A DNA stretch of 64,000 nt from sequence record PX880102.1; one strand, 5' to 3'. Position 1 is the stretch's first letter. Each line of letters opens with the position of its first letter. This DNA comes from a phage. Positions 37,062-45,761 of the stretch are shown one piece after another. The position numbers and the translations under genes were made by a program. A model generated the notes under the pieces. The model was not told where the DNA came from. It saw only the letters and a program-made list of their open reading frames with translations, and made no database searches.

Positions 37062-37592
37062 TTATATCATACTATTTAAGAGATGTAAACTATTTTTAAT
37101 TTTACAAATTCGTTCAGCTTCTTCAACGGCGGCGGCGATGATGCTTTTAGCTATAGGAGTACTAATACTAGTAGCTTTTACACTTAACACGATTTCTTTA
37201 TCTTTACTAGGCCAACCCCATGATTTTTCACCATGAGTGCCTTTAATTACAGCAGACACCTCAAGTGAGCATCCACTGTCACATGTTTTTACATTAACAA
37301 CCCAAGGGTCACTTTTCTCAACCGATTTCTCAGCCGGTTTATCCCAGTAAATATTAAGAATACGTGGGACATCAAATTTAGCAGGGCAAATCTTAACTGT
37401 AAGACCTTCGCTTTCTAGCCAATTAATAAGAGGGCGTTCATACATGCGGCGATGTGGGCTTTGGACTCGACAAGCCTTGTGCCCATTGCTTGCGGCTTCA
37501 CTAAGCTGTTCTAATACCTGTTTTTGCATTATTGATAAGATATCATCAAAAGATTTTTCGGAAGTTTCATTCAGTTCGGTATAAAGAGACAT
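37062..37592 (-). CDS. hypothetical protein (e.7-like)
   Basis: Track start is TTG; ATG at 37592 with GAGGAAAA RBS gives 176 aa. Confidence 0.6.
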   Translation of the reverse strand: MSLYTELNETSEKSFDDILSIMQKQVLEQLSEAASNGHKACRVQSPHRRMYERPLINWLESEGLTVKICPAKFDVPRILNIYWDKPAEKSVEKSDPWVVNVKTCDSGCSLEVSAVIKGTHGEKSWGWPSKDKEIVLSVKATSISTPIAKSIIAAAVEEAERICKIKNSLHLLNSMI

Positions 37593-37648
37593 AACGGTTT
37601 TCCTCAAATTGTAGGCTCATAATATCTCAATCATGAGCCTATGTAAAC

Positions 37649-37912
37649 TTATTTCATATTATTGAAATATTCTTCTGCGATTTCGTCGTTATCGTGGTAA
37701 ACTTTAGAAGACAGTTTAACATAACCTTCTGCTGTGAACATGTTAATCACAACCTTTACAGTATACCACTGTCCGTCTTCATTACCCATTACTGCGTAAG
37801 TTTCAAACATCGGATGGTCAGGACCGATAACTTTAATATCATTCACTGTACGACCGAAATCTTCTGAAACGCATTTCATAAAGAAGTTGAACAGTTCGCC
37901 GTAATTATCCAT
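37649..37912 (-). CDS. hypothetical protein (e.8-like)
   Basis: Track ORF begins inside the promoter; ATG at 37912 with GGAGAA RBS gives 87 aa. Confidence 0.55.
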   Translation of the reverse strand: MDNYGELFNFFMKCVSEDFGRTVNDIKVIGPDHPMFETYAVMGNEDGQWYTVKVVINMFTAEGYVKLSSKVYHDNDEIAEEYFNNMK

Positions 37913-37956
37913 TTCATTCTCCAAGTTGTTTTTCTGTATCAGTAGTTGATAGTTGT

Positions 37957-37986
37957 ATAGTACCATGGACGAACAGGGATGTAAAC
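37957..37986 (-). promoter_or_regulatory. early promoter (repeated promoter-leader module, copy 3)
   Basis: GTTTAC-N17-TGGTACTAT with same ACAACTATCAACT leader as 21243 and 22683 copies. Confidence 0.6.
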
Positions 37987-38122
37987 CGTTTTGTGAAAAA
38001 TTTTTTAAAAAGTTTTAGGGAATTCTAGGGCAGGGATGGGCAATTAAAGGATAGGATAATATATTATAAAGGGTAGAAACTAAATGATGCCTAGAGAGGC
38101 CTGGAAAGGCCTAGATACCAAA

Positions 38123-38148
38123 AAGCCCCAACCTTTTGGTCGGGGCTA
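38123..38148 (-). terminator. intrinsic terminator downstream of IP-B
   Basis: AGCCCCGACC-AAAA-GGUUGGGGCU followed by UUUUU on minus transcript. Confidence 0.65.
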
Positions 38149-38154
38149 AGAATG

Positions 38155-38628
38155 TTATTTGATTTGTTTAGCAGACCAAATGCGGTCTTTAATAATTTTT
38201 TGAATGTCTTCAACATACTCAAGAGAGTGAACATGTGGATTATCTTTGAAACTATAAGCACGGGCTAACTTTTGGCCTTCGGTTTTGATTACTAAAAGCT
38301 CTTTAAGGATAGCTTCATATTTAGAGATAATTCCTTTAACGATATTTTTTTCTTGTGCAGCTTTAGGATCTGCTTTAGGAGCAGGTTTACCCGAAGCCTT
38401 TGCAAAAGCAGCGCCAGTAGCAACTAGACTTTTCCAGGCCATACTAACCGCATTTCCCGTAAATCCTTCTGCTTTCATGTCGCGAGCAAATTGGAATCGT
38501 GATTCGTCAGAAGCATCTTTATAGGAATATTTACCCGCTGCAATGGCTGCTTTTGCGACAGCTTGAATTTCGGTGCTAGATGCTTCATTTAACACCGCTT
38601 CATTTAAAAATTGAGTATATGATTTCAT
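38155..38628 (-). CDS. internal-protein-like virion protein with capsid targeting sequence (IP-B)
   Basis: 157 aa; N-terminus MKSYTQFLNEAVLNEA resembles IP capsid-targeting sequence; Ala/Lys-rich; RBS AGGAAA. Confidence 0.65.
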   Translation of the reverse strand: MKSYTQFLNEAVLNEASSTEIQAVAKAAIAAGKYSYKDASDESRFQFARDMKAEGFTGNAVSMAWKSLVATGAAFAKASGKPAPKADPKAAQEKNIVKGIISKYEAILKELLVIKTEGQKLARAYSFKDNPHVHSLEYVEDIQKIIKDRIWSAKQIK

Positions 38629-38668
38629 CTTATTTCCTGTTTTAATTCGTGGATTTAATATACTACTA

Positions 38669-38676
38669 TATTTATA
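38669..38676 (-). promoter_or_regulatory. late promoter box upstream of IP-B
   Basis: Exact TATAAATA on minus strand about 40 nt upstream of IP-B ATG. Confidence 0.55.
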
Positions 38677-38680
38677 CTAA

Positions 38681-38706
38681 AAAGCCCCAACCTTTCGGTC
38701 GGGGCT
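38681..38706 (-). terminator. intrinsic terminator ending the tRNA/stable-RNA transcription unit
   Basis: AGCCCCGACC-GAAA-GGUUGGGGCU followed by UUUUU; near-identical to 38123..38148 hairpin. Confidence 0.65.
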
Positions 38707-39010
38707 AAGCCTTGCGGCAACCTTGTCGGGGTTCCACCTGCTAAGGCAAGTGTTTGTACGAAACGCCGGGATTCGAACCCGGTTATTAAGCAGTTGACGC
38801 TACTCAATATTTTTAAAAGGCCATATCTCGACCATATCCGAACGTTCCGTCAAAAACGCTACTCGGCTTACGGCAAAGATATTTCCTCGAATCGATAATT
38901 CTGTGCGCCGTTTCTGCTGTGATGTAAGAGGGCATCAATAAACGCAAGGATTATTAACGCAATTCCTTACTCAGGGAACATCAGTCCGACAACTTACCGG
39001 TAGCGACCCG
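38707..39010 (-). ncRNA. structured non-coding region after tRNA cluster (possible stable-RNA genes)
   Basis: No credible ORF; tRNA-like T-arm CCGGGTTCGAATCCCGG at about 38764..38781; repeated GAGTAGCGT motifs; position matches T4 species 1/2 RNAs by recollection. Confidence 0.35.
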
Positions 39011-39015
39011 GTTTC

Positions 39016-39366
39016 TTAATATTCTTTTAAAGCATAAATCTGTTTACGGCGTTCACGCCATAAATCAATTGCTTCATACGCGGATTCAACATTTCGAATT
39101 GGACGGCATTTATATAAAGATTTGTGATTTTGATATTGCGTAGATAACGGAATTTTATCTAAAAGGTCTTTACGTTCAAAGTATTCGTAACCATCTAAGC
39201 CAAATGAACGATTTTTGAGAAATTGCCAATGACCAAATTCGTTTTGAATATAAATATAATCCGCGTGTTGATAAAGTAAATTAATTTCACGAAATGAGAT
39301 ATGTTTTTCATATTCATTGAAGTAAAATGTTAAATCATGAACTACTAAATAAACATTACCTTTCAT
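39016..39366 (-). CDS. hypothetical protein encoded inside the tRNA cluster
   Basis: 116 aa, ATG with GAGGA RBS starting 17 nt after tRNA-Arg 3' end. Confidence 0.55.
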   Translation of the reverse strand: MKGNVYLVVHDLTFYFNEYEKHISFREINLLYQHADYIYIQNEFGHWQFLKNRSFGLDGYEYFERKDLLDKIPLSTQYQNHKSLYKCRPIRNVESAYEAIDLWRERRKQIYALKEY

Positions 39367-39382
39367 ATTTTCCTCACTTAAT

Positions 39383-39458
39383 TGGTCGAGGCAGTAGGGA
39401 TCGAACCTACGACCTAGGACTTAGAAGGTCCTTGCTCTTCCTTCTGAGCTATGCCCCG
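39383..39458 (-). tRNA. tRNA-Arg (anticodon UCU)
   Basis: Hand-folded cloverleaf; anticodon loop CUUCUAA; T-loop GGTTCGATC; encoded CCA. Confidence 0.85.
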
Positions 39459-39462
39459 TAAT

Positions 39463-39538
39463 TGGGGTGACCGATGGGAGTCGAACCCATGACTACGAGA
39501 ATCACAATCTCGAGTTCTACCAACTGAACTACGGCCAC
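39463..39538 (-). tRNA. tRNA-His (anticodon GUG)
   Basis: Hand-folded cloverleaf; anticodon loop UUGUGAU; discriminator C; CCA encoded; no G at -1. Confidence 0.75.
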
Positions 39539-39652
39539 ATTAATACCTACTCCAACAATCAAGATGTCTTCACACGAAATTAAGAGAAGAGTGATCAGTT
39601 CAACCCCTATAATCGCGTCAAGTAGATATTATTGTGACAGTTGTCACAAATT

Positions 39653-39727
39653 TGGCGGACGTGATAGGATTCGAACCTATAACCAATCGCTTAACAGGCG
39701 ATCGCTCTGCCATTGAGCTACACATCC
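39653..39727 (-). tRNA. tRNA-Asn (anticodon GUU)
   Basis: Hand-folded cloverleaf; anticodon stem ATCGC/GCGAT, loop CUGUUAA; CCA encoded. Confidence 0.8.
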
Positions 39728-39731
39728 AAAT

Positions 39732-39818
39732 TGGTGGGGAGTGATGGAGTCGAACCACCCGAGTCGCAATGACAATGGATTTACAGTCCACACCGCTACC
39801 TCTACGGGATAACTCCCC
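39732..39818 (-). tRNA. tRNA-Tyr (anticodon GUA), class II
   Basis: 87 nt; anticodon loop CUGUAAA; long variable arm; acceptor GGGGAGT/ACTCCCC; D-arm pairing not fully resolved by hand. Confidence 0.7.
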
Positions 39819-39831
39819 TTAATTCTTAATT

Positions 39832-39906
39832 TGGTGGCCCTGGGTGGAATTGAACCACCATCTGGCGATTATGAGTCGCTTGCTTGAACCTTCCAGCTAC
39901 AGGGCC
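39832..39906 (-). tRNA. tRNA-Ile (anticodon CAU, presumably lysidine-modified) or tRNA-Met
   Basis: Anticodon loop CUCAUAA; T4 tRNA-Ile is known to carry a CAU-derived anticodon; CCA encoded. Confidence 0.75.
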
Positions 39907-39907
39907 T

Positions 39908-39983
39908 TGGTGCTGATTGACGGAATCGAACCGCCGACCTTCTCATTACAAGTGAGTTGCTCTACCTACTGAGCTAAATCAGC
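39908..39983 (-). tRNA. tRNA-Thr (anticodon UGU)
   Basis: Anticodon loop CUUGUAA; T-loop GGTTCGATT; CCA encoded. Confidence 0.85.
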
Positions 39984-39988
39984 AAAAC

Positions 39989-40078
39989 TGGCGGAGGCGA
40001 TAGGATTTGAACCTATGAGTCGCCGGAGCGACTGCCGGTTTTCAAGACCGGTGCATTAAACCACTCTGCCACGCCTCC
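39989..40078 (-). tRNA. tRNA-Ser (anticodon UGA), class II
   Basis: 90 nt; anticodon loop CUUGAAA; long variable arm; 2-nt spacer to tRNA-Pro as in the T4 Pro-Ser dimeric precursor. Confidence 0.85.
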
Positions 40079-40080
40079 AG

Positions 40081-40154
40081 TCTCCATACAAGGATTTGAA
40101 CCTTGGACCTCCTGATCCCAAATCAGGCGCTCTACCAAACTGAGCTACACGGAG
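40081..40154 (-). tRNA. tRNA-Pro (anticodon UGG)
   Basis: Anticodon loop UUUGGGA; CCA not encoded (as recalled for T4 tRNA-Pro). Confidence 0.85.
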
Positions 40155-40164
40155 TAAATTAAAT

Positions 40165-40238
<74 letters not shown>

Positions 40239-40243
40239 AAATT

Positions 40244-40330
40244 TGGTGCGAGAAGTGGGACTCGAACCCACAAGGAAATCATTCCGCAGCATTTTAAGTG
40301 CTGTGCCTTTACCAATTTGACCATTCTCGC
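40244..40330 (-). tRNA. tRNA-Leu (anticodon UAA), class II
   Basis: 87 nt; anticodon loop CUUAAAA; long variable arm; CCA encoded. Confidence 0.85.
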
Positions 40331-40336
40331 GCTATA

Positions 40337-40945
40337 TTATTTATTACGTGAAAAAGACTGTTCTATCAATTCTGGACACTTTCGTTCTATCCATTTTCTA
40401 GCTTTTTGTGGGCTTATACCTATTATTTTAGCAGCTTTACTAACCCATCCAAATTTAGAATAATCGATTTTAACTAATTCTTCGTAAATTTCATCAGTTA
40501 AAATCTTTTCATTAATATTTACCAGTAAATGATATAATTTATTATCATTAGCAATTTTAATGAATCTTTTATAGTTTCCGCCTTTACTTAAACCTAATGA
40601 AGTAATTGCAGATGATATAGTAGCCGAATTTAATAACGCGTTTAAAATTTCTTCATCACTAACATTATAACGCTTTTTATTATTTTTAATATTTTTACCA
40701 GCAAAAGTATCAGTTTGCGAATGGCAGTTTGGACATAATAATCTTAAATTAGATTTAAGATGATTTTTGTTATTTCCATCAATATGGTCTAATTGCAGAA
40801 CAATATGCTTATTTTGCCATTTTGAAATTTTACAAATTGCACACTCATATGGAAAAATATTTTCTTTTATTATTTTGTCTTTCAGCTTTCCTGTACTAAA
40901 ATTTGGATGTTTTCCTTCAAAAATTTCAGCTAATTTAGTATCCAT
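40337..40945 (-). CDS. HNH-family endonuclease (free-standing homing-endonuclease-like)
   Basis: ATG at 40945 gives 202 aa (track start is TTG at 40969); motif HIVLQLDHIDGNNKNHLKSNLRLLCPNCH plus upstream CAIC; stop 6 nt before tRNA-Leu. Confidence 0.8.
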   Translation of the reverse strand: MDTKLAEIFEGKHPNFSTGKLKDKIIKENIFPYECAICKISKWQNKHIVLQLDHIDGNNKNHLKSNLRLLCPNCHSQTDTFAGKNIKNNKKRYNVSDEEILNALLNSATISSAITSLGLSKGGNYKRFIKIANDNKLYHLLVNINEKILTDEIYEELVKIDYSKFGWVSKAAKIIGISPQKARKWIERKCPELIEQSFSRNK

Positions 40946-41055
40946 AATATAATTCCCAATTATTAACAAAGGCTCTTAAGCAAGAACCCTTGATGATAGA
41001 GGGTATTAATCAGTGCGATATGAGTTAATAATAACAAATAATTCTTAAAGCATAT

Positions 41056-41343
41056 TTACCATTTATGATAATACATATTTACGATGCATTCAAGACCCAA
41101 AGGATTCTTGAAAATATCATATTCAAGAGGACCTTTTTCTGTTTCAATAAAGAAATCAAAATTTACTGTATTAAATTTACGGTCTTCCTTTACTAATTTA
41201 ACTTGAGAAGATGAACGGTCAATGTAAACCTTTTCAACTTCAAAATATGTTAAAATGCCATAATCATCAATCAAGGCTTTAGCTGCTTCTTGATCATATT
41301 TATATCCATTTTCAATGGATGATACTTTCGCATAAAGAATCAT
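41056..41343 (-). CDS. hypothetical protein
   Basis: ATG at 41343 gives 95 aa (track start is TTG). Confidence 0.5.
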   Translation of the reverse strand: MILYAKVSSIENGYKYDQEAAKALIDDYGILTYFEVEKVYIDRSSSQVKLVKEDRKFNTVNFDFFIETEKGPLEYDIFKNPLGLECIVNMYYHKW

Positions 41344-41345
41344 TA

Positions 41346-41726
41346 TCAACCTTCATCAACAATAGTGTGCGTATTGGCATTAACTATTTGCCACCAATCA
41401 AAGCGATTAGAACCATACATCGGTTTGTTTTCATTTTCTTTGATAATATCACGGAGTTCATCTTCGGTAGCGGCTTTCGCTATTAAATCAGCATATCCAC
41501 CACGAGGATAATAATTATCACCTGCAAAAAGTAAAAAGTTTGGTTTAATGTTATTGAACTCTTCAAGAGTAATAACTTTTCCTGACGGTTGAACAATCTC
41601 TACATATTTATATCCCAATTTTTGGGCAGCATCTACTGCTTCAAGCAAAGTATCATGAGCCCATCCAATTTGACAGCCTGGCTTTTCAGATGGATTAGCC
41701 TGATAATCCGCATACACTTTATACAT
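41346..41726 (-). CDS. hypothetical protein
   Basis: ATG at 41726 with AGGTGA RBS gives 126 aa (track start is GTG at 41735). Confidence 0.55.
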   Translation of the reverse strand: MYKVYADYQANPSEKPGCQIGWAHDTLLEAVDAAQKLGYKYVEIVQPSGKVITLEEFNNIKPNFLLFAGDNYYPRGGYADLIAKAATEDELRDIIKENENKPMYGSNRFDWWQIVNANTHTIVDEG

Positions 41727-41727
41727 T

Positions 41728-41913
41728 CTATTCACCTTTAGAAATTTTATCCATAACGATAGCGATTAAACCAATTAAAAATGCTACTACAAGTGAAAAC
41801 ACATTTTCTGCTGTAGTCAATAATCCGCATATAAATCCAACAAACATTGAAAAACTAAAAGCAGAAGCAGAAATTGCAATAGCAACATTTCGAATTAATT
41901 CACAACGTTTCAT
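41728..41913 (-). CDS. small membrane protein
   Basis: 61 aa, ATG with GAGGAGAAT RBS; two hydrophobic segments. Confidence 0.6.
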   Translation of the reverse strand: MKRCELIRNVAIAISASAFSFSMFVGFICGLLTTAENVFSLVVAFLIGLIAIVMDKISKGE

Positions 41914-41941
41914 TTTATTCTCCTCGGTAATTGATAGGGTA

Positions 41942-41971
41942 ATAGTATCACAACTAAAACCCTATGTAAAC
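41942..41971 (-). promoter_or_regulatory. early promoter
   Basis: Minus strand TTTCACAAAGTTGTTTACA-N17-TGATACTAT. Confidence 0.6.
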
Positions 41972-41989
41972 AACTTTGTGAAATATTTA

Positions 41990-42277
41990 TTACAAAAGAT
42001 TTTTAGCAATAATCTTGAGATGTGCCGCAGAAATGTGTTTAGCTTTAAACAACGCAGTTTCTTCAGCAGGAGAGATAATGATTGTAGCACCATCCTTTTT
42101 AGCAGACCACCCATCACCTAGGTAAACAGTACCTTTGATTTCTTCGCCATCAACCAAGCTAATCATTGGTTTACCTTCTCGTCCTTTATTTGCTTTAATA
42201 ACTTCAGAAGTAAGAGTAGCTTCAGTAATAGTAGAAACCGGGGTAGTTGTAGAAGTAAACTCTTTGAAAGTTTTCAT
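41990..42277 (-). CDS. ipI: internal protein I (IPI; anti-restriction, virion-packaged)
   Basis: 95 aa (T4 IPI precursor length); N-terminal CTS-like MKTFKEFTS; position beside 57B; RBS AGGAAAA. Confidence 0.8.
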   Translation of the reverse strand: MKTFKEFTSTTTPVSTITEATLTSEVIKANKGREGKPMISLVDGEEIKGTVYLGDGWSAKKDGATIIISPAEETALFKAKHISAAHLKIIAKNLL

Positions 42278-42307
42278 TTTATTTTCCTAATTAATTTTGA
42301 TGAGATA

Positions 42308-42337
42308 ATAGTATCACTACCTCATCAGCATGTAAAC
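42308..42337 (-). promoter_or_regulatory. early promoter of ipI
   Basis: Minus strand TTTCACAAAGTTGTTTACA-N17-TGATACTAT. Confidence 0.6.
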
Positions 42338-42349
42338 AACTTTGTGAAA

Positions 42350-43046
<697 letters not shown>

Positions 43047-43047
<1 letters not shown>

Positions 43048-43772
43048 TATAGTACCTTTAGTGTATTTTTAATTTTAGAAAAAAGTTCTTCAAGAGAACC
43101 ATCGTTTGTAATTACTAAATCGCCATCACGAATTGGCAATCCAGCTTCTGTAATATGAGTATCATTGGATTTTTGACCAGGACGAACTACATGAATTACT
43201 GTAGCACCCATCGCCCTAGCCGCATCCATTTCATGATCTTGACGAGTATCAGGAACGATATAATAATCATAACCTGAGTTAAATTTATCAAGATAATCTA
43301 AAGCAAATAATTTTACCCAATACATGCGGTCGAAGTTATTAACAATCAAATCCGTACCTAGGGCTTGCATCAGACGACGGACTGACCATTGATCTTCAAT
43401 ATTATTTATAACGTCAATAATCTTGTTAAATGCTACGGAATTAACTGATTCTTGTCCTTCGTCATCAAAAACAAACACGCCTTTAATTGGGCTTTTACTA
43501 TTAAGATAGCAAAATGCTTGTTCCATAATCGTGATTACTTCTGATTTAGTCAGATTTAAATTAGTCTCACGATCATAGTCAATTCCTTCAAACTCTTTAC
43601 GAGTTAAGCAAGGATAGTCAGTATTTGCTGCAAATACACCCCATGCATAAGCCAATGCATCTTTAATAGGACCAGCAAGTTGATATTTAACTGCAGAATA
43701 ATTTTCCATGATAAAATCTGCAGTAGTATCTTTTCCACTACGCTTTACACCACTTAAAAAGATTAGTTTCAT
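43047..43772 (-). CDS. 1: deoxynucleoside monophosphate kinase gp1
   Basis: 241 aa; P-loop GVKRSGKDT; TAATG coupling with 57A. Confidence 0.92.
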
Positions 43773-43821
43773 ATGTTTCTCCTCAAATTTAGTTAAGATT
43801 ATAACACATGAAACTGAAGCA

Positions 43822-44352
43822 TTAAACTTCTGCTATAATTTTGCCATCTTTTTCTACTTGAAAATACGTATAAGGAATCGTTGCTGTGCATACTAAGGCT
43901 GGGTCTGAATCTTCCGTGTAGCTAAATTCTACTTCAGAGAGGTCAGAAACCCAAGGCTTATAAAAATTTATTGACATCACAATTTCAGTTTTACTATTAT
44001 CTAAAATGTAAAGCGTAATGTATTCAGGACCTGTTTTTTGGGCAGTATTTTCGCCTGTAAGATAGTTACTAGTTCCTAGCATCCATTCATACATTCCTAT
44101 CCACGACTTAAGCTCTTCATCAACTATAAATCTCACGATGAGTGGATCGTACTCAAATGTAACTCCTGGACGTTGTGCTCTGCCTAGTCCAAACGGCCCA
44201 GTCACGGTATCAGTAACAGGTATTCTAATTCCCGGAATAGGAACTGACTGAGCATTTAAAGTAAAAGCAGATGTAGTATTACTATGTGGTATTGATACTA
44301 CAAAGTTAGTTGTATTTGCTTGGTTAAAAATTTGTTGCAGTGCTTGCGACAT
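43822..44352 (-). CDS. 3: tail completion / tube terminator protein gp3
   Basis: 176 aa, ATG start; length and position as T4 gp3. Confidence 0.88.
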   Translation of the reverse strand: MSQALQQIFNQANTTNFVVSIPHSNTTSAFTLNAQSVPIPGIRIPVTDTVTGPFGLGRAQRPGVTFEYDPLIVRFIVDEELKSWIGMYEWMLGTSNYLTGENTAQKTGPEYITLYILDNSKTEIVMSINFYKPWVSDLSEVEFSYTEDSDPALVCTATIPYTYFQVEKDGKIIAEV

Positions 44353-44458
44353 ATATTCCTCATAATGCTTTATAAATGTTGGTGGTATAATGGGTCTAAG
44401 TCCCTTCCATTCAATTCAAATTAGAACAAACAATAGAAAAGAATGGAAGATAATAGAA

Positions 44459-45283
44459 TTAGATATTTGACCAGACTTTGTTTGCAGAGAAACGTTTTCC
44501 TTTTGAAACGAACTGCTGAAGTGGCATTAACACAACGTTCGCCCAGTCTTTCGGGGCGATTTCAACAAGGCTACCCATAATATTACCGGGTATATATGCC
44601 TTAATCATTTGGTCTGCACCCCTAAATCCTTTCACTTGACTCCAATCAATTTTTAATTTCGTTTTATTAGTAATAGTAGGTGTATTTGAATATTGCTTTA
44701 AAAGCTCTTCTAGAAATTGCTGACGAGCTTTAGGTGGAATATAGTGCAAGTTCAATCCGTACATTAAATTATGTTTACCTAAACCAAGATAAATTATCAA
44801 AGGAAATTTATCCCAGTAAGGAAGAGTTTCCTTGTGTTTAGCATCATAAGCAAAAGCATATATTCGTCCCGGCTGCGGGCGAACAACTTTATGTCCTTTT
44901 ACTTGCTTAATAGTTTCAGCAAACCACTTTCTGGTTTTATTATTAATTGCTGCACCTTCATTACGAATTTTATCACGCAATGTTTGTCTGAATGAATTTA
45001 TCATAAGCAGTTGTCTTTCTTGCTTATTGAGTTTATTCATTGGTTTTGATTCAAGCTTTTGAATCTTTTCAGCCGTTTTAATTCCCGAAGCATATTTTGA
45101 CATTGCCGAAGTAAACGTAGAGTATTTGATTCCTCTTTCTTCAGCAAATTGCTTTCCTGTCATTCCTTTTGCTTTGGCCTTTTTATATTCAAGACCTATC
45201 TGAATCCATTTCTTTTCGTTTAATGATTGCTTAACCTTTGGAACTTGGGGAGTGCTTTCATTAATTATTTGAAAAATAGCCAT
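44459..45283 (-). CDS. 2: DNA end-protector protein gp2
   Basis: 274 aa, ATG start; length and position as T4 gp2. Confidence 0.88.
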   Translation of the reverse strand: MAIFQIINESTPQVPKVKQSLNEKKWIQIGLEYKKAKAKGMTGKQFAEERGIKYSTFTSAMSKYASGIKTAEKIQKLESKPMNKLNKQERQLLMINSFRQTLRDKIRNEGAAINNKTRKWFAETIKQVKGHKVVRPQPGRIYAFAYDAKHKETLPYWDKFPLIIYLGLGKHNLMYGLNLHYIPPKARQQFLEELLKQYSNTPTITNKTKLKIDWSQVKGFRGADQMIKAYIPGNIMGSLVEIAPKDWANVVLMPLQQFVSKGKRFSANKVWSNI

Positions 45284-45735
45284 TATGCCCCCTTAAAGCC
45301 AAGAGCTCGTAATCCATCTTCTGTTAGAATTCTAAATTTTATTCCACGCTTTTCAGCTAAAGCTTGCGCTGCTTTCCATTTGTCAGTATTAACGGAATAT
45401 GTATAAATTTCATTCATAAATCTTTTCTTCGCTGCAGTTGTTAGATGTGCTGGTTTAACTGGCGGTTGTGTTTCTTTTTTAGGTTTTATTTCAATAAAAA
45501 ATTCTTGTCCAGAAGAATCTTTCATCCAAATATCCATGAAGTATCTACGTTTTTTCCCTTCTGCATTACAAAAATAAGGAATTACTGCTGTTTCACTACC
45601 CCATGCAATAATTTCTGGATTTTTATCTAACCATTCAAAAAAGAATTTTTCCCAATTTGATCTATACGTAATTTTTTTAGGGTCACCTCTATATTTTGAT
45701 ATATTTTTAGGAACCCATTTTCCAGAATATGCCAT
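45283..45735 (-). CDS. 4: head completion protein gp4
   Basis: 150 aa, ATG with GGAGAA RBS; TAATG coupling with gene 2. Confidence 0.88.
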   Translation of the reverse strand: MAYSGKWVPKNISKYRGDPKKITYRSNWEKFFFEWLDKNPEIIAWGSETAVIPYFCNAEGKKRRYFMDIWMKDSSGQEFFIEIKPKKETQPPVKPAHLTTAAKKRFMNEIYTYSVNTDKWKAAQALAEKRGIKFRILTEDGLRALGFKGA

Positions 45736-45746
45736 TGGATTCTCCT

Positions 45747-45754
45747 TATAAATA
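45747..45754 (+). promoter_or_regulatory. late promoter of gene 53
   Basis: Exact TATAAATA on plus strand about 30 nt upstream of gene 53 ATG. Confidence 0.65.
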
Positions 45755-45761
45755 GATAATA

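Noticed and set aside
40331-41055. Search for tRNA-Gln upstream of tRNA-Leu
   Set aside because: No acceptor/T-arm pattern found; region is occupied by the HNH gene.
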